In this document: piece after piece, positions 29,697 to 42,411 of the stretch | How the letters are laid out: every line of letters starts with the position of its first letter | Numbering within the stretch: the stretch's first letter is position 1 | Source of the DNA: an uncultured delta proteobacterium | Lineage (GTDB): Bacteria; Myxococcota_A; UBA9160; SZUA-336 | Length of the DNA stretch: 64,000 bases | Assembly (NCBI GenBank): GCA_963704165.1 | Contig: CAVPHD010000006.1 | Location: 1-64,000 of the forward strand | Reading direction: 5' to 3' | Notes under the pieces: generated by a model | What the model was told of the DNA's origin: nothing | The model's database searches: none | What the model saw: the letters and a program-made list of their open reading frames with translations, nothing else | Translations under genes and position numbers: made by a program

Positions 29697-31159
29697 ATGA
29701 CGACGATACCCAAGCGCGGCCTCGAGACCGAGGCTTTGTTCCGCCGCCTCGAGGACTTTCGAAAGCACGACGTGAACTGGCGCGACGGCCGGGTCTGGGC
29801 GTACGTGTACGACCCCGGAGCCGAGGCCGAGGCCGTGATCAAGCGCGCGTACACGATGTACCTGACCGAGAACGCGCTCGACCCGACGGCGTTTCCGAGC
29901 GGGATGCACCTCGAGAACGAACTGGTCTCAATGGCCGCGACGCACCTGCGCGGCGACGCGAACGTGGTGGGCAACTTCACGAGCGGCGGCACGGAATCGA
30001 TCATCTGTGCGGTGAAGGCGGCGCGCGACTTCGCGCGCGAGCAGCGCCCGAAGGCGCTCCGGCCGCACGTTCTCTTGCCGACGACCGCGCACGCTGCGTT
30101 CCACAAGGCCTGTCACTACCTCGACATCGACACCCGCCTCGTTCCCGTCGATCCGAAGAGCTTCCGCGCCGATCCGCGCGCGGATGCGCGACGCCGTCGA
30201 CGAGAGCACGATCCTGATGGTCGGTTCCGCGGTCTCCGTACGCGCACGGCGTGGTCGACCCGATTCGCGAGCTCGGCGAGATCGCGATCGAGAAGGACCT
30301 GCTCTTCCACGTCGACGGCTGCATGGGCGGGTTCCTGCTGCCCTACTTCCGCCGGCTCGGCGCGAACGTGCCGGACTTCGAGTTCAACGTGCCGGGCGTG
30401 ACGAGCCTCTCGATGGATTTCCACAAGTACGCGTTCGCCGCGAAGGGCGCGTCGGTGATCCTCTACCGCAGCGCCGATCTGCGGAAGTACCAGATGTACG
30501 CGTGCGCGAACTGGACGGGCTACACCGTGATCAACCCGACCGTGCAGAGCACGAAGTCGATCGGCCCGCTCGCCGCGGCCTGGGCCGTGCTCCATCACTT
30601 CGGCGACGAGGGCTACCTCGAGATCGCGCGCCAGGTGCTCGACGCGACCCGACGCATCGCGGACGCGATCGAAGCGATGCCCGAGCTGCGCCTGCTCGGA
30701 CGGCCCGACATGAACCTGGTCGCATTCGCTTCGGACACGGTGAACGTCTTCCACGTGATCGACGAGATGAAGCTGCGCGGTTGGTACATCCAGCCGCAGC
30801 TCGGCTACGCGAGCTCGCGCGAGAACATCCACCTGTCGATCATGCCGTCGAATGTACGCTGGGTCGACGCGATGCTCGCCGACCTGCGGGAGTGCGTCGC
30901 GAAGGCCGCCACGCTTCCGAGCGGAGAGATCGCGGCCAAGATCCAGGCGGCGTTCGGGAACGTGGACCCGGACTCGATCGGCGACGAGACGATCCGGGGA
31001 TTGCTCGCGATGACCGGCGCCGCGGGGAACGCCCTGCCCGATCGCATGGCGGAAGTGAACGAGGTGCTGAACGCCCTGCCCGTTCCGATCCGCGAGAAGC
31101 TCCTCGTCGGCTACCTCAACACGCTCTATCGGCAGCCCGAGGACTCCGGCGGCGGCTGA
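29697..31159 (+). CDS. PLP-dependent group II decarboxylase / sphinganine-1-phosphate lyase-like (frameshifts near 30180 and 30235)
   Basis: NALDPTAFPS, TSGGTESI, AHAAFHKA, HVDGCMGG, SMDFHKY. Confidence 0.85.
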
Positions 31160-31174
31160 GCCGCACCTGGGCCG

Positions 31175-33891
31175 TCAGGCCGACTCTCCGCGCGCCTTGT
31201 CCAGGTGGCGGGCGATCGTCGCGAGCAGAGTCGCACGGTCGATCGGCTTGGTCGCGTAGTCGTCGCAACCGGCTTCCACGCACTTCTCGCGCTCGCCGGT
31301 CATCGCGTGCGCGGTGAGCGCGACGATCGGGCCGCGGTAGCCATCGGCGCGCAGGCAGCGATGTCGCCTCGTAGCCGTCCATCTCCGGCATCTGCATGTC
31401 CATGAGCACCACGTCGTAAGGCTCGTTCGCCAGCAACGAGGCGAGCGCCATGCGGTGCGCCTCGACGCCGTTCTCGGCGACGTCGACGCTGAGCCCCGCA
31501 CGGACGAGCAGGTGGCGCACCAGCTTGCGTGAATCGGGGGTGTCCTCGGCCAGCAGAACCCGACCGCGCAGGTTCGTCGGAACCGCCACGGGCGTTGCGG
31601 CGACCGCCTGCACCACGGGCTGCTCCAGGTCGGTCATCCACTCGACTCCGTCGAGCGGCCCAGGGTCGAGCGAGACCCGGAAGTGGCTGCCCTCGCCCGG
31701 GATCGAGGCTCACGGAGATGTCGCCGCCGAGGAGCTCCGCCATGCGTCGGGAGATCGCGAGGCCGAGACCCGTCCCCCCGAAACGGCGCGTGGTCGATGC
31801 GTCGGCCTGCGTGAAGGGCTGGAACATGCGACCGATCTGTTCCGCGGTCATGCCGATGCCCGTGTCGACGACGTCGATGACGAGCTTCGCGTCGCTGAGC
31901 CCGACGCGCACGCGCACCGAACCCGATTGCGTGAACTTGATCGCGTTGCCCACCAGGTTGATCAGGATCTGCCGCATTCGCACCGGGTCGGTCCGGATGA
32001 TCGCAGGGAGCGGCAGGACCCACTCGCTCGTCAGCTCGAGGCCCCTCTCGTCGGCTCGGACACGGAGCAGGGAGAGCGTTTCCTCGACGATCTGACGCGG
32101 CGAGCACGCGATGAACTCCACGCGCATGCGGCCGGCCTCGATCTTCGAGAGATCGAGCACGTCGTTGAGGATCGCGAGCAGGTGACGTCCGTTGCGCCGG
32201 ATCGTGTCGACCAGCTCCGCGCGTTCGCCCACTTCGGCGTCGTGTTCCGCGAGCACGTCCGCGAAGCCGAGGATCGCCGTCATCGGCGTGCGCATCTCGT
32301 GGCTCACGTTGGCGAGGAACTCGCTCTTGGCCTGGTTTGCGGCTTCGAGCGAGGCGTTGGTCTCGGCCAGCTCGCGCGTGCGCTCCGTGACCAGCTCTTC
32401 GATCTGGCGCGTGCGCTCGCCGATCACGTGCAGCCAGCCCGTGAGCAGCCCCGTGATCACCCAGCCGACGATCAGCGCCGCGAGCGGAGTCCACGTCCGG
32501 GTCGCTCGGAGAAAAGCCGGCGCGGGAGCCCAGATCGTCGGGAGGTTCCGATCTCCGAAGTGCAGCGTCGTGCGGATGGCGGCGTCCGTCGAGAGCCCGA
32601 GGAGCCGCTTCGCGTCTCGCGGCTCGAGTGGCGTTTCGCGTGTGCTCTCCCAGCCCAGATGCACGACGCGTGCATCGGGCCCCGGCCCGTCGGTCACCAC
32701 GACGTCGAGCCCGACGGGAAGCCAGTCGGCGAAGACCTGGTCGATCAACGGTCCCATCTTCACGATCGCCACCGCAAAGCCGCGGAGCTCGCTGACGGGG
32801 CCGAACGGGTCGCTCCCGCCCTCGTAGATCGGCATCAGCATCAGATGCGTCGGCTCTCCGTCGGCCTCGTTCGGCAGGAGGATCGCGGGCGACGCCGCGA
32901 TGTCGCGCGCGAGCCTCGCCTGCTCGATCGCGCCCGCGATCTCGGGAGACGACGTCAGCTCGTAGTCGAGCAAGCGTTCGTTGCCCGCCCGCGGAGCGAG
33001 CGCGGTGATGGCGAAGTGGTCTTCACCATCGCGCGTCGAGCGCGAGGCGAACGCGAACGCCTGCACCGACCAGGCGTGGATCAGCAACCGGTCGCCGAAG
33101 GCCTCGAACTCCTCCGGCGAAACGTACTCGGAAGCGTCGTGGAGACCCGCGACCGCGTCGAGCGCGTCGCTGACCACGGCGAAGCCGCGTTGGATCGAGA
33201 GCGTTCGTTCGAGCGCGGCGTGGTCCAGGCGACGCGCGGCCGCGTCGACCTCGAGCCGGTTCAGCGCGTCCCAGCCGGCGAAGCTCGCGGTCAGGCCGAT
33301 GATGACCGCGACGCGCACCGTCCAACTCGTCCGCGCGCCGAGGAGCGAGATCGCGATCGGGGTGAACGCGATCGTTCCGATCAGCTCCGACCCGAGCCAC
33401 GCGATCCAGGTCGACGACACCTCCCCGCGCGGCAACAGACCCGCCAGGTACATCACGGCGACGCCGTACGAAGAGCAGAAGAGCGCGACCAGCGGGGGCG
33501 CGACGATCACGACGCGCACCAGCGCGCGCAGATCGCGAATGTCCTGGCTCGACGCAACCCATCGCCCCGCGGCCGCGGCCACGAGGATCGCGAAGCTCGC
33601 GCCCGTCGCGTAGGTGAATGCAGCGAGCACGCGCGCGAGAGGTTCTTGGAAGTTGAGCGGCATCAGGAGCCCGACGGCGACGATCCCGCAGAAGAGCCCC
33701 GGCCAGACGCGCCAGCCCCAGATCAACGCACCCGCCAACGCGATTCCCGAGGCGGGCCAGACCGGCGCGATCCCGTCGGCGCGAACCGGCGTCATCCAGA
33801 CGACTTGCGCGCAGATCATGTACCCGGCCGCGAGGAGCAAATTGGCTCCCCAGGGGAATCTGCGGACGAGACTCGACCACGGCCCGGACAT
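31175..33891 (-). CDS. MASE1-CHASE hybrid histidine kinase with REC (frameshifts near 31710 and 31360)
   Basis: [17 protein letters not shown]1, periplasmic CHASE-like region, [27 protein letters not shown]. Confidence 0.85.
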
Positions 33892-34024
33892 GTTCCTCGT
33901 ATCGGGAAGGACCCGTTTCGGCTTTGGAGTCAGATCACGCGCGAGGCGCGGATCTGTGGCGGACGCTTCCGCGAACGGGCCATGTACGACACCCCTGTCT
34001 CGCGGGTGTCGACACCGCAAACGG

Positions 34025-34750
34025 TCAGTGGCTCGCGAACCCCCGTCGGAGAACGAGGAGCGCGACGCCGGTGGAGAGAAGCCATACGGCCGACGGTTCG
34101 GGAACGGCGGTCACGACGACGTTGTCGATCTTGCCGTAGTCGCCCTCGCCATTGTCGAGCCAGAACGCGACCCAGATCGAGGCTTGGTTGTCGGGCAGCG
34201 CGAAGTTCGCGTGCTGCATGACATCGTTCTTGCCGCTGAGCAGCGGCGTCCAGTTCGACCACGCGTAGGGCGTCGATCGCGCGTCGAAGAAGTCGCTCGA
34301 TGCGAAAGCCGGAATCGCGCCGACGAAGTAGCCCACCCGGAGCCGATCCGCGCCCGAAGCCGAGAATGTCCGCCAGTCGAAGTCGAGCAGCGTGTTCGTC
34401 ATCCCGATCGTGTTGACCTGGAACACGAGACCCGCTTCGTCCTCGAAGCGACCGACCGGCGTGAGATTCGCGGAGCTGCCATAGCGCTGGACCGCGAGGT
34501 CGTTGTTGATCGTGCCGCTGTTGCTCGGGTTCTCGAATCGGATCCCGTACCACCTCTCGTCGGCGCCCTCGGCGATCGTCGGAAGCCCAAGATTCACCGG
34601 ATCGTTCGCGGGATCGAAGGATGGAAAGCTCGTGTAGCCGTTGAACGTCTCCAGGAAGAGCGTCGCTGCGCCTGCGGGGCTCGCACCGAGGCCGAGCGCG
34701 CCGGATATGGCCGTGACGATCAGAGCTGCCCTTGCGATTCGAAGCGACAT
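34025..34750 (-). CDS. PEP-CTERM sorting domain protein
   Basis: Signal peptide; C-terminus [30 protein letters not shown]. Confidence 0.88.
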   Translation of the reverse strand: MSLRIARAALIVTAISGALGLGASPAGAATLFLETFNGYTSFPSFDPANDPVNLGLPTIAEGADERWYGIRFENPSNSGTINNDLAVQRYGSSANLTPVGRFEDEAGLVFQVNTIGMTNTLLDFDWRTFSASGADRLRVGYFVGAIPAFASSDFFDARSTPYAWSNWTPLLSGKNDVMQHANFALPDNQASIWVAFWLDNGEGDYGKIDNVVVTAVPEPSAVWLLSTGVALLVLRRGFASH

Positions 34751-34790
34751 CCGAGTCTCCCTCCGACGCTCGACGCTGAGAACTCTTGAA

Positions 34791-34865
34791 TCGCGTGGTG
34801 TGAATCGACCACGCGACCGAGGGCATCCTACCCGCACCGAGTCCGGCAGCACAACGAAATTGTGC
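34791..34865 (-). promoter_or_regulatory. Putative promoter with operator palindrome and 5'UTR hairpin for the PEP-CTERM gene
   Basis: TTGTGC-N18-TAGGAT on minus; GCACAA-N5-TTGTGC (34849-34865) overlaps the -35; 9-bp perfect inverted repeat 34791-34816. Confidence 0.4.
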
Positions 34866-34915
34866 AGTTCCGCCACAGAGAGACTGCGTCGTATGTGAAC
34901 CCGGAGAGGGCGGGA

Positions 34916-36396
34916 TCAGCGCATGCGCTCGAAGCTCTCGAGCTTGGGCTGCGCCATCTCGTCGCGGAAGCGCTCGAAGGTCCACGGCCAGATCGCGGGG
35001 ATGCCGCGGTCGTCGAGGTACCAGCTCCGGCAGCCGGTGGTCCAGATGCGTGTTCTTCGCGGCCATCTCGCTGCGCTCGGCCTCGAACGTCTCCGTCGCA
35101 GCCTCGCGCTCGGGCTGATCTCTCGGCAGCGGCCCGACGCGGAGCTGCTCGACGAGCTGCAGGATGTAGCCGAACTGCAGCTCGGCGACCTCGATCAGCG
35201 AGAAGTTCCCGACCGGTCCGTTCGGGCCGTTCAGCATGAAGAGGTTCGGGAAGTCCGGAATCGAGATCGACGAGGTACGCGCTCGGCCGCTTCGCCCAGA
35301 CGCTCGTCGAGCGTGACGCCGCCGCGCGCCGACGATCTTCGATCGGGCCGCATGAAGCGATCGACCGGAAGCCGGTCGCGAGCACGAGCACGTCGAGCTC
35401 GTGCAGGCGCCCGTCCGCGCGTTCGCACGCCCTCGGCTCGATGCGCTCGATCGCCTCGGTCACGAGCTCGGCGTTCGGCTTCTGGATCGCGGCGTAGAAG
35501 TCCGGCGAGATGACGAGCCGCTTGCACGCCGCGCGGTAGTTCGGCCGCAGCTTCTCGCGCAGCACGGGATCGGTCACGCTGGTCTCGAGGTTCGCGCAGG
35601 CACGCCGCCTCGATCACCTTCATCTGCGGCGAGTTCGCATCGACCACGGCGTTCGCGAACATGCCGGCGAACAGACTGCGACATGTTCTCGTGCAGCTCG
35701 CGCAGGAGCTCCGGGTTGCGGCGGAAGCTCTCCTTCTCCTCCTCGCTGTAGGCGAGGTTCTCGTGCGGCATGATCCACTGCGGCGGTGCGCTGGAAGAGC
35801 GAGAGCTTCGCCGACGCGGTCGACGAGCGCCGAGACGATCTGCACCGCCGTCGAGCCGGTGCCGATGATGCCCGACGCGCCGCCCGTCGAGCGTCGCCGT
35901 GTGATCCCAGCGCGCGCTGTGGAAGCACGCGCCGGCGAAGCGAGTCGAGGCCCGCGATGTCGGGCATGCGCGGGTGGTGCAGGACGCCGGTGGCCGCGAT
36001 CACGACGTCGGCCTGGTCGCGAGGCCCCGACTTCATCTCGAGCTGCCAGCGACCCTCGCGGAATTCGGCCATCGCGAGCTCCTGGCCATACCGGATGAGC
36101 TTCTCGACGCCGTACTTGCGCGCGACGCCCTCGAAGTACGTCTGGATCTCGCCGCCGAGGCGAGAAGTGCTCGGCTCCAGTCGGGATTCGGCTCGAAGGA
36201 GTAGGTGTAGAGGTGCGACGGCACGTCGCATGCGACGCCGGGGTATGTGTTCTCGCGCCACGTCCCGCCGAGCCGGTCCGTCTTCTCGTAGATCGTGATG
36301 TCGCGTGAAGCCGGCCTCGTGCAGCTTGATGGCCGACAGGATTCCCGACATTCCCGCACCGATGATCGCGAATCGAAGCTCCCGCTCGCCCGACAT
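34916..36396 (-). CDS. Flavin-containing monooxygenase (BVMO/CzcO family), many frameshifts
   Basis: [57 protein letters not shown] spread across frames. Confidence 0.8.
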
Positions 36397-36493
36397 GCGC
36401 ACCTCCACCTGGGTTTCGTGGAATCCGCCTTCAATTCGCGCGCCAGCGAGCGCTGCGCTCCTCGAGCGGGCCGCGTGTATATTCCGCGCGGGC

Positions 36494-37794
36494 ATGAGCA
36501 ACGTCGCGCTCGCGGTGCAGTTCTTCCTCCAGCTGGCCGCCATCCTGGCGTTCTGCCGGATCGTCGGCGCCGTCGCTGCGAGACTCGGCCAACCGCAGGT
36601 CGTGGCCGAGATGATCGCGGGCGTGATGCTCGGCCCCTCGCTCTTCGGGCTGCTGCTGCCGGAGGCCCAGGCGTGGCTCTTTCCGTGGGACGAGACGCCA
36701 GTCGGGGCGCGACACGCAGAGCTACCTCTTCCCCGCCTCGCAGCTCGGCCTCGCCCTGTACATGTTCGTGGTCGGCATGGAGTTCCGCACCGACATCGTA
36801 CGGCGCCGACTGCGGAGCTCGATCGTCGTCTCGCTCGCCGGGATGGCCGCGCCGTTCGCGCTCGGCGCCGGTCTGGCCTGGGTCTTCTTCCATCACACGG
36901 ACTGTTCCCGGCGCAGACGACGCTCGTCGAGGCGATGCTCTTCCTCGGCGCATCGATGTGCATCACGGCGTTCCCGATGCTCGCGCGGATCATCCACTTC
37001 AAGCGGCTCGCGGGCACCACGATGGGTACCGTCGCGCTCGGCGCGGGCGCGATCGACGACGCCACCGCGTGGTGTCTGCTCGCGGTCGTGCTCGCGAGCT
37101 TCGACGGCGATTGGAGCCACGCCATCTACAACATCGGCGGCGGACTCGCGTACGTGGCCTTCGCGCTCGGCGTGCTCCGCCCGCTTCTCCGCCGCGCACA
37201 GCACTGGTTGCTCCGCGACGGCGCCCTGGGCGAAACCGGGCCTCGCCGTCGGTCTCGCGTTCCTGTCGGTCGGCGCGTGGTTCACGGATTGGATCGGCCT
37301 GCACGCGGTCTTCGGCGCGTTCGTGATGGGAGCGGCGATGCCGCGCGGTGTCGTATCGCGCGGACTGACCACACGCATCGAGCCGCTCACCGTGGCGCTT
37401 CTGCTGCCCGCTCTTCTTCACCTACTCGGGTCTGAACACGAAGATCGGCCTGCTCGACTCGGCGTCGCTCTGGCTGATCTGCGGCGCGGTCCTCGTCGCA
37501 GCGGTGCTCGGCAAGGGCGTCGCATGCGGGCTCGCGGCGCGCGCGACGGGCATCGCCTCGCGCGAGGCGATCGGCATCGGCGCGCTGATGAACGCGCGCG
37601 GGCTGATGGAGCTGATCATCATCAACATCGGCCTCGCTCGCGGCGTGATCTCGAACGAGCTCTTCGCCACGCTCGTGATCATGGCGATCATCACGACGCT
37701 GATGGCCTCGCCGATCTTCGAGCTCGTCGTCGGCAGTGGGAACGTCGTGGCCGAACCGGAAGCGGACGCGTCGCGCGACGCCGAAGCGGCCTGA
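36494..37794 (+). CDS. Cation:proton antiporter (CPA2/KefB-like), frameshifted
   Basis: [44 protein letters not shown]. Confidence 0.85.
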
Positions 37795-37816
37795 CCTCGG
37801 GGAGAGCGGGCGGCCG

Positions 37817-38993
37817 CTAGCCGGGTTGCCCGTCGAGACGCGGACGCACGAGCATCGGCACGTAGTGCAGCAGGAAGACCGCGTACGCCGCGGCCCAGAG
37901 AAACGCGGCGAGCGCGATCACGTGCAGGTACGGATCGGGAAACACGAGCGCGCCCAGCGTGCGCACGAGCGCGGCGGCGCTGACGAGCAGATAGGCGATG
38001 GTCGCGGCGCGCGGAGCCAGGCAGCGGACGGCCGGTGTGACCGAGCACGACGCGGGTCATCACGGCGAGAATCATCGTGCCGATCGCGCCCGTCGTCTCG
38101 GCGTGCAGGCCGACGCTCGACGGGATCGCGCCCGTGAGGTCGGCGAGCGCGACCGCGCCGAGCCCGATCGCGACCCACGCATAGCCGAGATGCAGCGACC
38201 AGAGCAGCGGATCGTGCTTCGTGCGCAGCGTCTGCCAGCCGGACATGCGCAGAGCGACGGCGAGCGCGGCGAAGAGCGCGATCGCTCCGCTCGCGGCCGT
38301 GCGCGGGAAGAGCAGGTTCGCGAGCGCGACGCCGACCGCCCCGACGATCGCGGCGCGGTCGAGCCACGGCCGGGTGACGACGACGGCTGCGATGCCGTCA
38401 CGGCGGAAGGTGTTCGCGGTGAAGGCCGGCGTGATGCGGCCACCCATCACGACGATCAGGACGATCGCGAGATCGACGCCGACGCGAAGACGCGATCGGC
38501 GCCAGGCCGGGCGCGAGGCCCAGCGCGTCGAGATGCGCGATGACGTTCAGGAGCGCGAGCGCCGTCAGGATCAGCGGGAAGCCGAAGTTCCGCTTCTGCC
38601 GCGCGGCGACGATCGGCCGCGCGATCACGAACGCGAGCGCCGGCAGGAACGCGACGTCGATCGCCCGCGACCCACGCGACGCGGAACGACCCCCGCGAAG
38701 ACCATCGCGACGCGGCCGGCGAGCCAGAGCGCCGCGAGAGCTCCGAGCCCGGCGCCGGTGACCGGTCGCGACTGCGTCCAGGTCGGCGCCGCCGTGAGCA
38801 GGAACCCGGATGCGGCCGCGACGACGAAGCCGAAGACCATCTCGTGCGCGTGCCAGAGCGAGGGCGTGTAGGCGAGCCAGCCCGGCTCGGGCAGGACGCC
38901 CGCGTAGATCGCGAGCCAGGCGAGCACGGCGACCGACGCCTGCAGGCCCGCGAGCAGGAAGAACGGACGGAACGCGCGACCGAGCAGCGTCAC
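37817..38993 (-). CDS. nnrS: NnrS family protein, frameshifted
   Basis: FRPFFL, WHAHEMVFGF, GFLLTA, GGRITPAFT.N, LLWSLHLGY, MTRV.LGHTGRPL. Confidence 0.88.
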
Positions 38994-40185
38994 GCCGGGA
39001 CCGCGGTCGTCGAGCACGCAGCGCACGCCGCCGACATCCATCTCGGCGACGCAGACGTTGCAGTGCGTGCAGCGCGAGCGCGCGCGCCGCATCGCTCGCC
39101 ATGCGCCGAACCAGATCGGGATCGGCGATCAGCGCGCGGCCCATCGCGACGAAGTCGAACCCTTCCGCCATCGCGGCGTCGACGTTCGCGCGCGAGACGA
39201 TCCCGCCGAGCAGGACGAGCGGCATGCGACACGGCCGCTCGCACCTCGCGCGCCTGCTTCAGGAAGAACATCTCCTCGAACGGGTACTCGCGGATCACGC
39301 GCTCGCCAAAGTAGCGCAGCACGAACTTCTGCCCATCCGGCTCTTGTCCGCCGCGATCATCTCGGCGAGCGGGCGCTGGCCGCGGAACAGGTAGAACGGC
39401 GACTTGCTCGTGAAGCCGCCGGACAGCACGAGGGCGCTCGCGCCCTCGCGCTCGAGCAGGCGCGCGAGCGCGACCGCGTCGGGAAGCTCGAGCCCGCCGC
39501 GGAAGCCGTCGCGCAGGTTCATCTTGCACAGGATCGGAAAGCCCGGCGCCGACCACCTCGCGCACGCGCCGCAGCACCTCGAGCGAGAACCGCGCGCGGG
39601 CCTCGAGATCGCCGCCGTAGCCGTCCTTGCGCCGGTTCGTCGCCGGGCGAGAGGAACTGCGAGAGCAGGTAGCCGTGACCGAGGTGGAGCTCGACCGCGT
39701 CGAAGCCGGCGTCGCGCGCCAGACCCGACGCGCGACCGAAGTCCTCGACCACGCGCGCGATCTCGCGCGCGTTCATCGCAAGCGCCAGCGGCTCGCCCGC
39801 GCTGAGCCCGTAGCCGTTCACGGCGAGCGACGGGCCGCGCGGAAACCACGTCGAGAGCTCCGCGTTCTTCGTGAACCAGCCGCAGTGACCGAGCTGGAGC
39901 GACGCCGCGCCGCCCTCGCGGTGCACCGCGTCGGTGACGCGGCGCAACGGCGACACCGTCTCGGGCCGCATCGTCATCTGCTCCGCGAACGTGCGGCCGT
40001 CGGGCGAGACCGCGCAGTACGCGACGGTCGTCAGCCCGACGCCCGCCGGCGGCGAGCACGCGGTGGTGCTCGACGAGCGCGTCCGACGGGATCCCGCCCG
40101 GGCACATGCCCTCGTAGGTCGCCGTCTTGATCACGCGGTTGCGCAGGTCGAGCGCGCCGAGGCGCGCGGGCGCGAAAGCATTCAT
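38990..40185 (-). CDS. NADH:flavin oxidoreductase (OYE-like), frameshifted
   Basis: LRNRVIKTATYEG, QLGHCG, GFDAVELHLGHGYLLSQFLSP, GRALIADP, CTHCNVC. Confidence 0.85.
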
Positions 40186-40198
40186 TTCCGTGTCCACC

Positions 40199-40967
40199 TC
40201 AGAAGCGATCGGGTCGGATCTCGGCGTCGTTCCCGCCGTCGATGTAGTGGATCGAGCCGTGGATCCAGCTCGCGCGGCGACCGAGCAGGAACGCCGCGAA
40301 CTCGGCGATCTCCTCGGGCTCGCCGATCCGCCCGAGCGGGATCTGAGAGCCTTTCGATCGCAGCGCCGGTGACGGGATCGGCCATGTCCCCCGCGAGCAG
40401 CGGCGTTCTCACCGGACCGGGCGCGACGGCGTTGAGCCGCACACCCGCGCGTCCCCAGTCGCCCGCTCGCCGACGCACGGCGCGCCCGAGTGCGTGCTTC
40501 GCGCCGAGGTACGCGACGATCGAGCTGTCGCCGGCGTCGGCGAGCCGGCGCGCCTCGGCCTCGTCCTGCGCGAGCAGCGCGACGACGTACGGATGCTCGT
40601 CGAGCCGGGCCATCTGCGCGGAGTTCGAGCAGACCACGAGCGCCGCGGGATCGGTGCCCGAGCGCAGCGCGGGAAGCAGGCGATCGAGAACCTCGACCGC
40701 CCCGAAGAAGTTCACCGAAGCGACGCGCGACGGCGGCCGCACGTGCGTCCCCACGCCGGCCGAGAGCACCAGCCGATCCAGGCACTGCTCACTTCGCGAG
40801 AGCACGGCCTCGACCGCCGCCTCCCGGCCATCGCGCGTCGAGAGATCCGCGATCACCTCGGCGTCCCGCAGATCGATCCCGATCACCCGCGCGCCATCCG
40901 CCTCGAGGCGGCGTCGGATCGCCGCGCCAATCCCCGACGCGCTGCCCGTGACCGCGGCGACGCTCAT
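40199..40967 (-). CDS. SDR, 3-alpha-hydroxysteroid dehydrogenase-like (frameshift near 40345)
   Basis: TGSASGIG, GIDLRDAEVIADLST..GR, SVNFFGA, YLGAKHAL..VRRRA..WG.AGVRLN resemble Comamonas 3alpha-HSD. Confidence 0.75.
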
Positions 40968-42321
40968 CAGAACTCCGCGTACCCGGGAACGCGCGGAAAC
41001 GGAATGACGTCGCGGATGTTCGCCATTCCCGTCAGGTAGAGCACGAGCCGTTCGAAGCCCAGACCGAAGCCCGCGTGCGGCACCGATCCGAAGCGCCGCA
41101 GGTCGAGGTACCACTGGTACGGCGACTCGGGAAGGCCGCACTCCGCCAGGCGCGCGCGCAGCACATCGACCCGGTCCTCGCGCTGCGAGCCCCCGATGAT
41201 CTCGCCGACCTTCGGCACGAGCACGTCCATCGCCCGCACGGTCCGGTCGTCGTCGTTCAGGTACATGTAGAAGGCTTTGATCGTCTTCGGGTAGTCGGTG
41301 ACGATCACGGGGCGGCCGACGTGCGTCTCGGTCAGGTAGCGCTCGTGCTCGCTCGCGAGGTCGGCGCCCCACTTCACCGGAAACTCGAAGTCCTGGCCGG
41401 AACGCTTCGAGGATCGCGACCGCATCTCCGTAGGTCAGGTGCTCGAACGCGCTCTCGGCCACGTGCTCGAGCGTCGCGCGCAGTCCCTTCGAGATCCGCT
41501 CGTCGAAGAACGCGAGGTCCTCGGCCGACTCGTCGAGGACGGCCTTCACCACGTAGCGCAGGAACGACTGGGCGAGATCCATGTCGCCGCGCAGATCGCA
41601 GAAGGCCATCTCGGGCTCGATCATCCAGAACTCCGCGAGGTGGCGGCTGGTGTTCGAGTTCTCGGCGCGGAAGGTCGGTCCGAAGCGTGTAGACGTTCGA
41701 GAGCGCGAGCGCGCCGATCTCGGCCTCGAGCTGGCCCGAGACGGTCAGGAACGCGGGCCGGCCGAAGAACTCCGCCGTCGAACTCCGGCACGGTCACGCG
41801 GAACATCGAGCCCGCCCCCTCCGCGTCGCTCGTCGTGATGATCGGCGTGTGCAGCCAGACGAAGCCCCGCTCCTGGAAGAAGCGGTGCACGGCGCGCGCG
41901 GCGACGTTTCGCACGCGCAGCACCGCGCCGAGCGTGTTCGTGCGCGGGCGCAGGTGGGCGATCGTGCGCAGGAACTCGAAGCCGTGGCGCTTCTTCTGCA
42001 GCGGATAGTCGGGATCGGCCCAGCCGACGACCTCGAGCCGCGTGGCGCGAAGCTCGACGCGTCTGCCCCTTGCCCTGCGAGGGAACGAGCTCACCGTCGA
42101 CCACGACCGCGCAGCCGGTGTCGAGCTTCGACGATCTCCGCTTCGTAGTTCGCAAGCTCGGGACCGGCGACGACCTGCAGCCCCGCGAGGCTCGATCCGT
42201 CGGAGAGATCGAGGAACGAGACGCCCTTCGAGTGCCGCGCCGTGCGCAGCCAGCCGCGCACGCCGACCGATTCGCCCGCGCTTCCGCGCGCGAGCAGGTC
42301 CACGACCCGCGAGAACGCCAT
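40967..42321 (-). CDS. asnS: Asparagine--tRNA ligase, frameshifted
   Basis: [71 protein letters not shown]. Confidence 0.93.
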
Positions 42322-42370
42322 CCACCTCTCCCCGGAGCCGATCCGTTCGGGCCATCCTAGCGGAGCGAGA

Positions 42371-42399
42371 TTGACAGCGAGAGTGCGTTTCCGTTTCAT
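42371..42399 (+). promoter_or_regulatory. Putative sigma70 promoter of the MFS gene
   Basis: TTGACA-N17-TTTCAT; divergent TAGGAT (minus, 42354-42359) for asnS. Confidence 0.4.
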
Positions 42400-42411
42400 C
42401 CGCGCGCGCGC

